A stretch of DNA of 63,019 nucleotides, filler included. It is 3 parts of 3 records of this genome, joined end to end, with 100 filler letters (N's around TTAATTAATTAA, not from the genome) between each part and the next. Parts side by side here need not be neighbours in the genome. Positions count along the whole stretch, not along the records: positions 16,127 to 45,869 come from DRR723986_14684; 2 more parts are not named here. One strand, 5' to 3'. Positions 18,606 to 28,801 of the stretch are shown here, in pieces (position 1 is the first letter of the stretch; every line of letters starts with the position of its first letter). The position numbers and the translations under genes are program-made. The notes beneath the pieces are model-generated. The model did no database searches and was not told where the DNA came from. It was given only the letters and a program-made list of their open reading frames with translations.

Positions 18606-19774
18606 GCCGCCATAGCTTCTGCTACACGCTCCATAAAACGCGCACAGGCATCTAACTGTTTGATTTCAATGTATTCATCAGGTTTATGTGCCTGTGCAAT
18701 ATCGCCGGGGCCGCAAACAACAGTGGGGAAAGACAAACCCTGAAAATGCCCTCCTTCAGTACCAAACGCCAACACAATTGAATCATTACGCTGGGCCAGA
18801 GCCTTGGCAAAACTCTCTCCGTCCGAACCTGGCTCGGTTTTCAAAGGCGGCAAATAGGCCCACACATCGTTGGTAATATCACAGTGGGGGAACTTGGCCC
18901 GCATTGCCGGCAGAATGTCCTGTTCAAAATGCTTCACATACCGGTCTGTTATCGCAGGCCCGTTTTCACTTGGTAAAAAGCGAAATTCCCAATCAAATTC
19001 GCACGTATTTGAAATGATGTTGAAGGCACTACCGCCTGTGATGGGCCCAATGTTAAATGTGGTATAGGGCGGAGAGAAAGCATCATCAAATGGCCCATTC
19101 TCGCGGGTGTCTTTCGCCATTTTGTCAATAAAGCCAATAAGCTCTGCGGCAACCACAACCGCATTCACACCGTCATCTGGCCTGCTTGAATGTGCCTCTT
19201 GCCCTGTAACACGCGTTTTAGCGACATATTGCCCCTTGTGCGCCGTTGCCACCTGCATCGAGGTTGGCTCGCCGATCACAACAAGTCGTGGCGACGCAAT
19301 ATTTTCTGCCAGAAAAGGCAGCATTTCCTGCACACCTGTGCACCCTACTTCTTCATCGAAAGAAAAAGCGAGATGAATAGGGTATTTCAGTTTTGCGGTA
19401 ACAAACATAGGCACGCTTGCAAGCACAGCAGCAATGAAACCTTTCATGTCAGCAACACCGCGCCCAAAGTAAAAGCCGTCGGCTTCGGTCAGCTCAAATG
19501 CAGGTTTGGTCCAAACTTGCCCCGCCACTGGCACAACGTCCGTATGACCAGATAGCACAACGCCGCCCGGCACATTGGGGCCAATGGTTGCAACTAAATT
19601 GGCTTTCGGCTGGCCGTCAGCTGCCAAAATTTTTGCATTAACCCCGTACCCGGCCAAATAATCCGCAATATACTGGATTAAATCCAGATTAGATCGGTGG
19701 CTGGTCGTATCAAACGCAATCAAATCCGCCAAAATGGCTTTAATGCCAGCGGTTGTTGACGCTGATGAGGTCAT
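18602..19774 (-). CDS. argE: Acetylornithine deacetylase (M20 family)
   Basis: SGHTDVVP, GRGVADMKG, FDEEVGC, GEPT, AHKPDEY. Confidence 0.9.
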   Translation of the reverse strand: MTSSASTTAGIKAILADLIAFDTTSHRSNLDLIQYIADYLAGYGVNAKILAADGQPKANLVATIGPNVPGGVVLSGHTDVVPVAGQVWTKPAFELTEADGFYFGRGVADMKGFIAAVLASVPMFVTAKLKYPIHLAFSFDEEVGCTGVQEMLPFLAENIASPRLVVIGEPTSMQVATAHKGQYVAKTRVTGQEAHSSRPDDGVNAVVVAAELIGFIDKMAKDTRENGPFDDAFSPPYTTFNIGPITGGSAFNIISNTCEFDWEFRFLPSENGPAITDRYVKHFEQDILPAMRAKFPHCDITNDVWAYLPPLKTEPGSDGESFAKALAQRNDSIVLAFGTEGGHFQGLSFPTVVCGPGDIAQAHKPDEYIEIKQLDACARFMERVAEAMAA

Positions 19775-21756
19775 TCAAATTCCATAATAACCGCATCAAC
19801 AGCCAGGCTGTCTCCTGCCGCTGCCGAAACTGTGGCCACGGTGCCGTCTTTTTCAGCACGCAGAATATTTTCCATTTTCATGGCTTCAACCACAGCAAGG
19901 GCTTGGCCTGCCTTCACTTCCTCACCGGCTTCCACCGCCACAGAAACAACCAAACCCGGCATGGGGCACAGCAGGAACTTCGATGTATCAGGCGCTTCTT
20001 TCTCCGGCATTTTCGCCAAAAGCTCGGCAGCCCGGCGCGAGAGCACCCTAACGTGTTTGGCAACGCCGTCTGTGGTTAGCGTCCAACCAAGGCTGTTTCG
20101 GTCTACTTCAATAGACATTTCATTGCCGTCGATTATGGCCACCATAAGCGGCATCCCCGGCACCCATTCACTGGCAATTTTAACACGCTTGTCGCCAAAG
20201 CTGACTTCTGCATGGTCTGAGAACGGCGCTATGCGGCAAACCACTTCCTCGTCATCAATACCGATAACCCAATCACGCTCTTGCGGGCCTTGCGGTGCGA
20301 TAATTTGACCCTCAATTTGCGTGGCGCGCGACTGTTCAACCGCATTAATAAACGTTGCTGCTGTAATCAGTGCGTTCTTCACTTCGTCAGATAGTGCACC
20401 ACCTTTGAACCCATCGGGATATTCTTCCGCGATAAAGCCCGTGGTAATTTTGCCAGATTGAAAACGGGGGTGCGCCATCAAGGCAGACAAAAACGGAATG
20501 TTATGAGCAATTCCGCGAATATAAAAGGCATCAAGAGCCTTGCGCTGAGCTGCAATTGCTTCATCCCTCGTCGCACCGTATGTGACCAGTTTGGCAATCA
20601 TAGGGTCATAGAACATTGAGATTTCTGCACCCTCGTACACGCCGGTGTCGACCCGTACAGTCTCTGTTTCAGCCGGAGGACGGTACCGCGTTAAACGGCC
20701 AATAGACGGCAAAAAGCCGCGAATTGGGTCTTCAGCGTAAACGCGGTTCTCCACAGCCCAGCCAGTAAGCGTTACATCGCTTTGTGTCATGGACAGCTTT
20801 TCGCCGTTTGCTACACGCAGCATCTGCTCAACCAGATCAACGCCCGTTACATATTCCGTTACAGGGTGCTCCACCTGCAAGCGAGTATTCATTTCGAGGA
20901 AGTAAAAATTCAGGTTTTTATCAACGATAAATTCCACCGTACCCGCGCTGCAATAGTCCACTGCTTTAGACAGGGCCACCGCTTGCTCACCCATGGCTTT
21001 TCGGGTTGCCTCATCAAGAAATGGTGACGGTGCTTCCTCCACTACTTTTTGGTGCCGTCGCTGAATGGAACATTCACGCTCACCCAAATATACAACATTG
21101 CCGTGCTTATCGCCCAAAACCTGAATTTCAATGTGACGAGGCTCTTCAACAAATTTTTCAATAAAAACGCGGTCATCACCAAAGCTTGCGCGAGCCTCAT
21201 TCTGGGCAGAAATGAAGCCTTCCCGAGCTTCTTCATCGTTGTATGCGATGCGCATGCCCTTGCCGCCACCGCCAGCAGACGCTTTCAGCATAACAGGGTA
21301 ACCCACATCAGCAGAAATTTTAGCCGCCTCATCAGCATCTTCGATAATGCCCATATGGCCAGGCACGGTTGAAACACCAGCTTCTGACGCCAGCTTTTTG
21401 GAGGTTATTTTGTCTCCCATTGCGTCTATAGCGCGCGGATCGGGACCAATGAATGCAAGCCCGGCCTTTTGCACCGCCTCGACAAATGACGCCCGCTCGG
21501 AGAGAAAACCATAGCCGGGGTGTATGGCTTCAGCACCGGTTTCTTTACAAACTTCCAGAATTCTGTCTGCCAGCAAGTAGCTTTCTGCCGCAGGGGGCGG
21601 GCCAATATGTACGGCTTCATCAGCCATTTCCACATGTAATGCATCCGCATCAGCATCGGAGTAAACGGCAACAGTTTTAATGCCCATTTTTCGTGCCGTT
21701 TTAATGACACGGCAGGCGATTTCGCCCCGGTTCGCTATCAGAATTTTTTTGAACAC
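19771..21756 (-). CDS. pccA: Propionyl-CoA carboxylase alpha subunit (biotin carboxylase + biotin carrier)
   Basis: ILIANRGEIA, HPGYGFLSE, GGGGKGM, FLEMNTRLQVEH, biotin motif EAMKME; near pccB. Confidence 0.93.
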   Translation of the reverse strand: MFKKILIANRGEIACRVIKTARKMGIKTVAVYSDADADALHVEMADEAVHIGPPPAAESYLLADRILEVCKETGAEAIHPGYGFLSERASFVEAVQKAGLAFIGPDPRAIDAMGDKITSKKLASEAGVSTVPGHMGIIEDADEAAKISADVGYPVMLKASAGGGGKGMRIAYNDEEAREGFISAQNEARASFGDDRVFIEKFVEEPRHIEIQVLGDKHGNVVYLGERECSIQRRHQKVVEEAPSPFLDEATRKAMGEQAVALSKAVDYCSAGTVEFIVDKNLNFYFLEMNTRLQVEHPVTEYVTGVDLVEQMLRVANGEKLSMTQSDVTLTGWAVENRVYAEDPIRGFLPSIGRLTRYRPPAETETVRVDTGVYEGAEISMFYDPMIAKLVTYGATRDEAIAAQRKALDAFYIRGIAHNIPFLSALMAHPRFQSGKITTGFIAEEYPDGFKGGALSDEVKNALITAATFINAVEQSRATQIEGQIIAPQGPQERDWVIGIDDEEVVCRIAPFSDHAEVSFGDKRVKIASEWVPGMPLMVAIIDGNEMSIEVDRNSLGWTLTTDGVAKHVRVLSRRAAELLAKMPEKEAPDTSKFLLCPMPGLVVSVAVEAGEEVKAGQALAVVEAMKMENILRAEKDGTVATVSAAAGDSLAVDAVIMEFE

Positions 21757-21779
21757 TGGTAACAGCTCCCATTTACTAC

Positions 21780-22019
21780 TTAATTATTTTTATTTCGCCG
21801 TCCGGCGAAAAACCACAGTGCGGCAACAGCGCCAGCACCAATTGTAAACAACACTGATCCGCCCCAAACCGGCAAGGCAGCGGAAAAAAACGATGCCCCC
21901 AAACCAAAACCAAAGGCACTGCCAAGAATAAAGCCCATCACGCCCACAGAGCGTACTTCCGAGCGTCTTGCTGTGCCAGCGATGCGGTCTTCAAGGTCTT
22001 TTGGTAAAGGTCGAGCCAT
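21780..22019 (-). CDS. Small hypothetical membrane protein (2 TM)
   Basis: Two hydrophobic helices; ATG 22019 after a G-rich RBS-like stretch (ORF track starts at TTG 22040). Confidence 0.6.
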   Translation of the reverse strand: MARPLPKDLEDRIAGTARRSEVRSVGVMGFILGSAFGFGLGASFFSAALPVWGGSVLFTIGAGAVAALWFFAGRRNKNN

Positions 22020-22099
22020 TACGCCCCCCTTAAAAGCCAAGCGGCCTTCATAACATTGCTCATACTTTTTAGCATGTGCCCAAGCAATTGCCTGCTCCT

Positions 22100-22336
22100 T
22101 CAGTCGTTAGACTTTTCAGTATCTAACATATTGTTTTTGGCCTTCTTTCGCCCGGCAGATTGCACCACGAAAACGTAGCCAACAGCAAATAAGATGATAC
22201 CAAGCATGACTTCTCCGAGGAGCGGCATGGCCTCTGCACCGAGATCAACCGCCTTATCCGCAAAGATATAAACGGCCACAGCAATAAAGAGTAAGCCGAT
22301 AGCCTTTTGATATTTCCTGATAAAGTCACGCATCAA
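22100..22336 (-). CDS. Small hypothetical membrane protein (2 TM)
   Basis: Two hydrophobic helices and a basic tail; starts 8 nt after the pccB stop. Confidence 0.65.
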   Translation of the reverse strand: MMRDFIRKYQKAIGLLFIAVAVYIFADKAVDLGAEAMPLLGEVMLGIILFAVGYVFVVQSAGRKKAKNNMLDTEKSND

Positions 22337-22344
22337 TTTGCCCC

Positions 22345-23877
22345 TTAAAGCGGAATGTTATCGTGTTTCTTCCACGGATTTTCCAAGTCTTTGTTGGCCA
22401 GCTTTTTAAGGCCCCGCACAATACGATTACGGGTGTTATGCGGCATAATCACATCGTCAATGAAGCCGCGCTGTGCCGCGATAAACGGGTTGGCGAACAA
22501 GTCTTCATAATCTTTGGTGCGCTTGGCAATTTTGTCGGCGTCATCTTTTTCTTTGCGATACAAAATCTCCACCGCGCCTTTAGCGCCCATCACTGCAATT
22601 TCTGCGGTTGGCCAGGCGTAATTTAGATCGCCGCGCAAATGTTTGGACGCCATTACATCATAAGCACCGCCATATGCCTTTCGGGTAATAACTGTGATTT
22701 TTGGCACTGTCGCTTCGCCGTAGGCAAACAATAGCTTTGCACCGTGCTTGATGATACCGCCGTATTCCTGTGCCGTACCGGGCAAGAAGCCAGGCACATC
22801 AACAAGCGTGACAATGGGAATGTTAAAACAATCACAGAAGCGTACAAACCGCGCCGCCTTCTTTGAACTATCTATATCCAGACAACCAGCAAGCACCATA
22901 GGCTGGTTGGCAACAATACCAACGGTTTCACCGTCCATGCGACCCAGGCCAATAATAATGTTGCCAGCATGCTTGGGCTGAAGTTCAAAAAAGTCGCCTT
23001 CGTCAACAAGCTTGTTAATCACTTCATGCATGTCATAGGGCTGGTTAGGGTTGGACGGCACAACTGTGTCCAGTGAGTGTTCTGGCCGTGCGGGCTTATC
23101 GAACGTTGCACGCACTGGTGCTTTCTCTCTGTTGTTCAGCGGCAAGAAATCATAAAAACGGCGCAGCTGTATCAGCGCTTCCACGTCATTGGCGAATGAT
23201 TTGTCTGCAACGCCGGACTTTGTGGTGTGGGTTGAGGCACCGCCAAGTTCTTCTTGTGAAACCACTTCATTGGTTACGGTTTTCACCACATCTGGGCCGG
23301 TCACAAACATATAGCTACTGTCTTCAACCATGAAGATGAAATCAGTCATTGCGGGGCTGTAAACTGCCCCCCCAGCACAAGGCCCCATAATCATGGAAAT
23401 TTGCGGAATAACACCAGACGCCAGTATGTTTTTCTGGAACACATCAGCATAGCCGCCAAGGGCTGCAACACCTTCCTGAATGCGGGCACCGCCGCTATCG
23501 TTCAAGCCAATAAGAGGCGCGCCAACTTTCATCGCCATGTCCATGACTTTGATGATTTTTTGCGCATGCGTTGCTGAAAGCGACCCGCCAAAAACAGTGA
23601 AATCTTGGCTGTAAACATATACCAACCGGCCGTTAATTGTGCCAGACCCGGTTACAACGCCGTCGCCAGCATATTTTTGTTCTTCCATGCCGAAGTCAGC
23701 ACAGCGGTGTTCAACGAACATGTCATATTCTTCAAAACTGTCGGCATCCAGCAAGATATCCAAACGCTCACGGGCTGTTAATTTACCACGTGCATGTTGA
23801 GCATCAATACGCTTTTGGCCACCGCCAGCGCGAGCCTGATTGCGTTTTTCTTCCAGTTGTTCAAGAATTTGCTTCAT
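22345..23877 (-). CDS. pccB: Propionyl-CoA carboxylase beta subunit (carboxyltransferase)
   Basis: [36 protein letters not shown]-terminal KKHDNIPL; 510 aa. Confidence 0.96.
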   Translation of the reverse strand: MKQILEQLEEKRNQARAGGGQKRIDAQHARGKLTARERLDILLDADSFEEYDMFVEHRCADFGMEEQKYAGDGVVTGSGTINGRLVYVYSQDFTVFGGSLSATHAQKIIKVMDMAMKVGAPLIGLNDSGGARIQEGVAALGGYADVFQKNILASGVIPQISMIMGPCAGGAVYSPAMTDFIFMVEDSSYMFVTGPDVVKTVTNEVVSQEELGGASTHTTKSGVADKSFANDVEALIQLRRFYDFLPLNNREKAPVRATFDKPARPEHSLDTVVPSNPNQPYDMHEVINKLVDEGDFFELQPKHAGNIIIGLGRMDGETVGIVANQPMVLAGCLDIDSSKKAARFVRFCDCFNIPIVTLVDVPGFLPGTAQEYGGIIKHGAKLLFAYGEATVPKITVITRKAYGGAYDVMASKHLRGDLNYAWPTAEIAVMGAKGAVEILYRKEKDDADKIAKRTKDYEDLFANPFIAAQRGFIDDVIMPHNTRNRIVRGLKKLANKDLENPWKKHDNIPL

Positions 23878-24102
23878 CGGTTATTGCTCCCAAATGGACT
23901 GGCAGCGTTCTAACCGGTTTCTTCTAGTTTTCCGTGCGCAAGCGAATTGCCGCGACCCCGGACCATATCAAAGATAGAAGAAATTTAGTTAGACCCAACC
24001 GCCTCAAAATCAGCACTGACTACGTTCATATCCGTATTGTCCAGTGTTTTCCAGCACTTTAGGAATTTCCGATCAGCATTTACACGTTTTACGATCAGCG
24101 CT

Positions 24103-24798
24103 TTAGGCTTTGACAAAATGCCATAAATTGATGCTGTTCAAAAGGTCTTGCCACTGACGTTCCCGGTTTTCAAGAACCTCCGCATCGGTACCCCATAGGT
24201 TTTCCTGAAAAGTTTGATCCAGAATGCTGGCGTGCCAACAGTCTTCAAAGCTTTGGAATTCGTAAATAGCGGCCAATGCTATAACAATTGACCCATAACC
24301 AGAAACAAAGGCATGAAAAGCCGCCAGCGCGAAATCATCAAACTTTTCAACCTCTTCGGCCAGTGTTCTCATAGCGGTTTCACTTTGGGTTAACGGTAAA
24401 ACACCCGCTGTTACGGCGAGTTCAATGCCCAGTTTTTCCTTCAACCAAACCAGATATGGTTCCCAGGTTTTCACCTGGAGTGCAGCAAGTTCGTCAGGCT
24501 CTTCGGCGCGATAACAAACAAGGTCAGTATGGCCATAAGCCACTAATTCTGCGACAGTTTCAGCGCGGCGGCTGGCTACCCGGTCAATGGCGGTGTTGAC
24601 CAAAGTGGTCATTGGCATGGTTGCCGGAACGATAGTTTCGTCCTGGGCAATCCATTCATCAGCCACTGATTGCGCCAGTGCTTTTGTAGGCATCACCAGC
24701 GCATTTTTCATCGGTGTTTTTATCGCTTTACCATCCAGCGTTACGGTAAAACCAGCCGAAGTTTCATGGAGATCAACATTGCTGTAAAATTTTCTCAC
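24103..24798 (-). CDS. ATP12-family chaperone
   Basis: MRKFY…LDGKAIKTP, EW.AQ.E.I.P.TMP, TDLVCYRA, Q…WGTD.E. Confidence 0.9.
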   Translation of the reverse strand: MRKFYSNVDLHETSAGFTVTLDGKAIKTPMKNALVMPTKALAQSVADEWIAQDETIVPATMPMTTLVNTAIDRVASRRAETVAELVAYGHTDLVCYRAEEPDELAALQVKTWEPYLVWLKEKLGIELAVTAGVLPLTQSETAMRTLAEEVEKFDDFALAAFHAFVSGYGSIVIALAAIYEFQSFEDCWHASILDQTFQENLWGTDAEVLENRERQWQDLLNSINLWHFVKA

Positions 24799-24819
24799 GG
24801 CAGTACTTTCTGCAAAAAA

Positions 24820-25344
24820 TCAGGAAGTTTTGGGTTTTGAGGGGCTTTTTTCAGCGTTTAATTCATCATTTTCAGAACTAAACTCGCCGTTTTTAGGAAC
24901 AAACTCGGCTTTTTCAGAATTTTCCTGCTGCATTTCGCGCGTAATCGCCGCCAGCTTTCGACGTGAATGACGGGCCTGTTTTCGTTTCGTGTTTAAGCGT
25001 TTTGCATCAACAGCCGTTTCCGATTTAAATCCGGCGGTAAATTGAACATCCGATTTCGCGGTTTTCTTATCGCCAGTCAATTTGTGATAGCCCATCAACC
25101 GAGCGCCAATTCTTGGTACGCGGTAACACAACATGAAAAACATCGCCAGCAACACCAGTGCAATCAGCAAAAAGGCAAAGGTAATGCCGCTGTCGCCAGA
25201 ACCACCTGCCGCATTTGAAGTAATTTCATCCTCGTATAGATATACCGCCATCGCAGTAACAGCCGCAGCACCCGACGCTAGCAAAAACCCCATTTTAGGC
25301 TTCAATAACTCTGCCTGAAAATCATCGTCCTTCTTTTCCATCAA
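24820..25344 (-). CDS. Hypothetical membrane protein (2 TM, basic tail)
   Basis: 174-aa co-directional ORF with two hydrophobic segments. Confidence 0.6.
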   Translation of the reverse strand: MMEKKDDDFQAELLKPKMGFLLASGAAAVTAMAVYLYEDEITSNAAGGSGDSGITFAFLLIALVLLAMFFMLCYRVPRIGARLMGYHKLTGDKKTAKSDVQFTAGFKSETAVDAKRLNTKRKQARHSRRKLAAITREMQQENSEKAEFVPKNGEFSSENDELNAEKSPSKPKTS

Positions 25345-25368
25345 TGCCTCTATAGTCCGTTTATGTGG

Positions 25369-26046
25369 CTATTTGCCGCTGAAATCAGTTGCGATGGGTG
25401 CCAGTTCATCAAAAGCATCCAGCAAATGATGCGCACCGCCTTGGCTTAGCTCGTCAACCGTGTGATAGCCCCACTTTACTCCAACCGCAAGTGAGCCAGC
25501 AGACCGCGCCATGATCATATCATAACTGGTGTCGCCCACCATAATACAAGCGCTTGGCTCAAGCCCAACGTCGGCTGCCGCCGTTTGAATCATGGATGGA
25601 TGCGGCTTTGAAGGATGGCCGTCTGCGGTTTGGAGGGTCATGAAAAAACCATCCAGATTATGTTCCTCAATAACGCGGTCCAGCCCGCGCCGGGAGTTGC
25701 CCGTTGCCACCCCCAAAATAAACCCTGCGTCCCGCAAGTGCTCAAGAATTTCCAATGTACCAGTGTAGAGTGGGTCAGGTTTAGGTGCTTCTTCAACCCG
25801 CAGGCGGTAAAACTCGCGCTTGAATATATTCGCCATATTTTCCAGTGCTTTATCATCAGCGTCCGGGCGCAACATAGCAATGGCTTCCCGTACACTCAGC
25901 CCAACGGTAGACCGAATACGGTTATCGCTTTCCATTGGCAGGCCAGCTGAAAGCAATGTGGCCTGCATGGCATCAATAATCATGTGCTGGCTATCAACCA
26001 GCGTGCCGTCACAATCAAAAATAACTAATTTGCTAGCGGGCTCCAT
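25369..26046 (-). CDS. HAD-IA family hydrolase (phosphoglycolate-phosphatase-like)
   Basis: FDCDGTLVDS, ATG, SKPHP, MVGDT.YD. Confidence 0.92.
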   Translation of the reverse strand: MEPASKLVIFDCDGTLVDSQHMIIDAMQATLLSAGLPMESDNRIRSTVGLSVREAIAMLRPDADDKALENMANIFKREFYRLRVEEAPKPDPLYTGTLEILEHLRDAGFILGVATGNSRRGLDRVIEEHNLDGFFMTLQTADGHPSKPHPSMIQTAAADVGLEPSACIMVGDTSYDMIMARSAGSLAVGVKWGYHTVDELSQGGAHHLLDAFDELAPIATDFSGK

Positions 26047-26057
26047 ATGAACACCCC

Positions 26058-27044
26058 CTATTCAAAATCCGGGTCCTCATAATCGCCGACCGTGAAGCCG
26101 AGGAAATCAAAACTGGCGGCCATATGTTCGGAAAGAGGTGCCGTGACTGTAATTTGCCCCCCGTCCGGATGCGGGAAGCTAATGAAGCGGCTGTGCAAAT
26201 GCAGTTTGCGTGAAATCGCACCGGTTAGGTATGACGCCTGGCCGCCGTATTTGCCGTCGCCGATAATGGGGTGCCCCATCTCGGCGCAATGCAAGCGCAA
26301 CTGGTGTGTGCGGCCCGTGTGCGGCTTAAGCGCAACCCACGCCGCCATTTGCGCCGCACTTTCCACCACGCTGTAGTCGGTGAGGGAATGTTTGCCATCA
26401 TTAGTGACAACCATACGCTCATGGCCCTTAACCGCAATTTTATCCATTTTCAGAATAATGCGCCCGTCCCGGCTTTGCGGTGTGCCTGCCACCAACGCCC
26501 AATATCGCTTATCCGTCGCCCGGCTTTGAAATGCTTTTGCAAGCGCGCCGGCAGCTTTCGGTGTGCGCGCCAACAACAGTGCGCCAGATGTATCTTTGTC
26601 TAACCGGTGCACCAGCTTGGGTCGGTGCCGCCCATCAAAAATAAGCGCGTCTAAAAGACCGTCTAAATGTTTGGTTTGGCCAGTACCGCCCTGGGTTGGC
26701 AAGCCAGCGGGTTTATTAATCGCAATAACCGCATCATCTTTATAAATAACCCAACTACGCACATCGGCTATTTCATGATCAGACAATCTTTTGGCTGATG
26801 GTTTCTTGGCATGGTGCGCGCCCGGTTGGCCGGGACTGCCAGGAATGGGTGGCACCCGAACGGTTTGCCCCGCCCATACATGCTCCTTGCCCTTCACCCG
26901 CTTGCCATTAACGCGCACATCGCCCTTGCGCATCATCTTTTGCAACTGCACAAAAGAAAGCTCGGGAAAATGCCGCTTGAACCAGCGGTCAATGCGCACA
27001 TCATCGTCGTCAAAATGCACTTCAATATGCTGTACACCACTCAT
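26058..27044 (-). CDS. rluC: RluA-family 23S rRNA pseudouridine synthase (RluC-like)
   Basis: S4 domain (RIDRWF…RKGDVRVNG), NKPAGL, VHRLDKDTSG, TGRTHQLR; ATG 27044 overlaps the crcB stop. Confidence 0.9.
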   Translation of the reverse strand: MSGVQHIEVHFDDDDVRIDRWFKRHFPELSFVQLQKMMRKGDVRVNGKRVKGKEHVWAGQTVRVPPIPGSPGQPGAHHAKKPSAKRLSDHEIADVRSWVIYKDDAVIAINKPAGLPTQGGTGQTKHLDGLLDALIFDGRHRPKLVHRLDKDTSGALLLARTPKAAGALAKAFQSRATDKRYWALVAGTPQSRDGRIILKMDKIAVKGHERMVVTNDGKHSLTDYSVVESAAQMAAWVALKPHTGRTHQLRLHCAEMGHPIIGDGKYGGQASYLTGAISRKLHLHSRFISFPHPDGGQITVTAPLSEHMAASFDFLGFTVGDYEDPDFE

Positions 27045-27418
27045 ACAAACAATCTTCCCAGCCACAATCCCAACAACAGCGCCAAAGCGCCAATGATGAG
27101 CGACCCTACAGAGTAAAACACCGCTGCGCTCCAATCACCGCGCTGGATCAGTAACACTGTTTCCATTGAATAGGTAGAAAAGGTAGTGAAACTGCCCAGA
27201 AAGCCAACAGTCAAGAAACTACGCAAATCTGCAGACACATCAACTTTATGCGCAAATAGCGTTACCAGCAAACCCATAAGAAGGCTGCCCAATATGTTGA
27301 CGGAAAAGGTACCAAACGGAAAACCAATGCCGACTATTTTGCTCACAGCACCGCTGACAAAATGGCGGCTTACAGCGCCCAGCGCGCCCCCGGCGGCAAT
27401 TGCTAATACAAGCTGCAT
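27041..27418 (-). CDS. crcB: Fluoride efflux channel
   Basis: GGALGAVSR, FPFGTFSVNILGS, GFLGSFTTFSTYS. Confidence 0.95.
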   Translation of the reverse strand: MQLVLAIAAGGALGAVSRHFVSGAVSKIVGIGFPFGTFSVNILGSLLMGLLVTLFAHKVDVSADLRSFLTVGFLGSFTTFSTYSMETVLLIQRGDWSAAVFYSVGSLIIGALALLLGLWLGRLFV

Positions 27419-27427
27419 CTCAACCCC

Positions 27428-27829
27428 TTACGATGTTATATCGTCTTCAACACCTAACCATTTACGGGCTTCTTCAACGGTTGCAAAAACCCTCACTTCG
27501 CGACCCTGCGAAACCATCAATTCAGCATATTTCTGGACATCCTGAATTTGGCGTTCATTGGTGGTTACCATCGCCGAACGCGTTATTTTCGTATAACCGG
27601 AAGCTGACCGCTGAACAGCGAAAGATAACTGGGTGTCCTCTGGCTGAAGTTCGTAGCTTGGGCAATCGCTCATGTCTACCAGCATAGCACTCACTGTTTC
27701 TATGCGCTCATCGCCATAGGCAGCCGCAATTAACTCTCGCATAACGCTACTGGAAAAAGCTACATCCACCCGGCCCTCAACATGGTTTTTATACCATTTG
27801 ATGTTAAATTTTTCACTCAATGTCGACAA
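27428..27829 (-). CDS. Hypothetical protein, STAS/SpoIIAA-like
   Basis: C-terminal VRVFATVEEARKWL resembles SpoIIAA-like small proteins; MLVDMS strand. Confidence 0.55.
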   Translation of the reverse strand: MSTLSEKFNIKWYKNHVEGRVDVAFSSSVMRELIAAAYGDERIETVSAMLVDMSDCPSYELQPEDTQLSFAVQRSASGYTKITRSAMVTTNERQIQDVQKYAELMVSQGREVRVFATVEEARKWLGVEDDITS

Positions 27830-27889
27830 AACCCGTCATTCCCCGGTATTCAATTTACAGTTGCCAATTTACGGTTTTTAATCCAACCC

Positions 27890-28801
27890 CTAAAGCACCC
27901 CAAAAATCCACCCTTCGGTACGGCGTACTTTAGTTGAAAGCGCAGACGGATACCAGTATTCAGCGCTGTTCGCAACATGCCTCAGGCCCGCACTTGTCAT
28001 AACGGCATCGGTAACATCATCAACGGTATTGCCCGACGGTAATTTCTTTCCATACGGCAATGAGCCTAAACCAGCAAGTGTTTGGTTAAGTGCCTTAATA
28101 TCCCTAACCTTACCCCTGCCTCCACCAAGTTTCGAAAAGACGGCGGCATATATTTCGACCATTACAATAGAAGCTTGCCCCGCGTCATCAAATGGCCAAA
28201 CGGAAATTGCCGGATGCGACCTTAATGCATGTAGCATGATCATGGTGGAAAGGGCCGATTTGCCAACCTGGCTAGCACCGATCAGATTAAAAACGCTCTC
28301 GCACGGCCCATATTTCTCATCGATGCAAATCTGTTCCGGCACGCGCAAAAGTGGCTTGAAGTATCCGTTGTCCACAATGGTATCAAAAGCCCTACGATCC
28401 GAATTATAGCGTTGAAACCTATAATGCCTGGCATGGCGCTCCACGAACGCGCCGCCAAACAGGTCTTCCGCCCCCTCACAAGCATTGGCTATCTCGCTCC
28501 ATAATTCCGGAGCGCTTTTAGCCTTACTGTCGCCCCTGAGGTATCCATGCGCCTGATCATGGGGGTAGCCAAACGCCGCGTCGATACCAATGAGAGAGCG
28601 TGCACCTGTCGGAAGGCCCATGCCGCCCGCTATCCAATTAGCACACTCCTGTCGGCTCCAGTTTGCCGCGCCACTGGGCGGCACAACAAGGCTTGGGGCC
28701 ACGCGATCAGCCTTGCAGATAGCGACCTTCAGGCCAGCGTGTCGCTTTCCCTTGGCGCCGGTCCAATCGATACCGACAAAATGCGTAAATTCAGGTTTCA
28801 T
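27890..28801 (-). CDS. DUF429-like protein, predicted RNase H-fold nuclease
   Basis: FVGIDWTGA, IGIDAAFGYP, VEIYAA, DDVTDA acidic motifs; C-terminal EGWIFG. Confidence 0.6.
   Translation of the reverse strand: MKPEFTHFVGIDWTGAKGKRHAGLKVAICKADRVAPSLVVPPSGAANWSRQECANWIAGGMGLPTGARSLIGIDAAFGYPHDQAHGYLRGDSKAKSAPELWSEIANACEGAEDLFGGAFVERHARHYRFQRYNSDRRAFDTIVDNGYFKPLLRVPEQICIDEKYGPCESVFNLIGASQVGKSALSTMIMLHALRSHPAISVWPFDDAGQASIVMVEIYAAVFSKLGGGRGKVRDIKALNQTLAGLGSLPYGKKLPSGNTVDDVTDAVMTSAGLRHVANSAEYWYPSALSTKVRRTEGWIFGVL

Noticed and set aside
27419-27889. Fluoride riboswitch upstream of crcB
   Set aside because: Only 9 nt separate crcB from the upstream ORF and no GGCGATGG-type core was seen nearby
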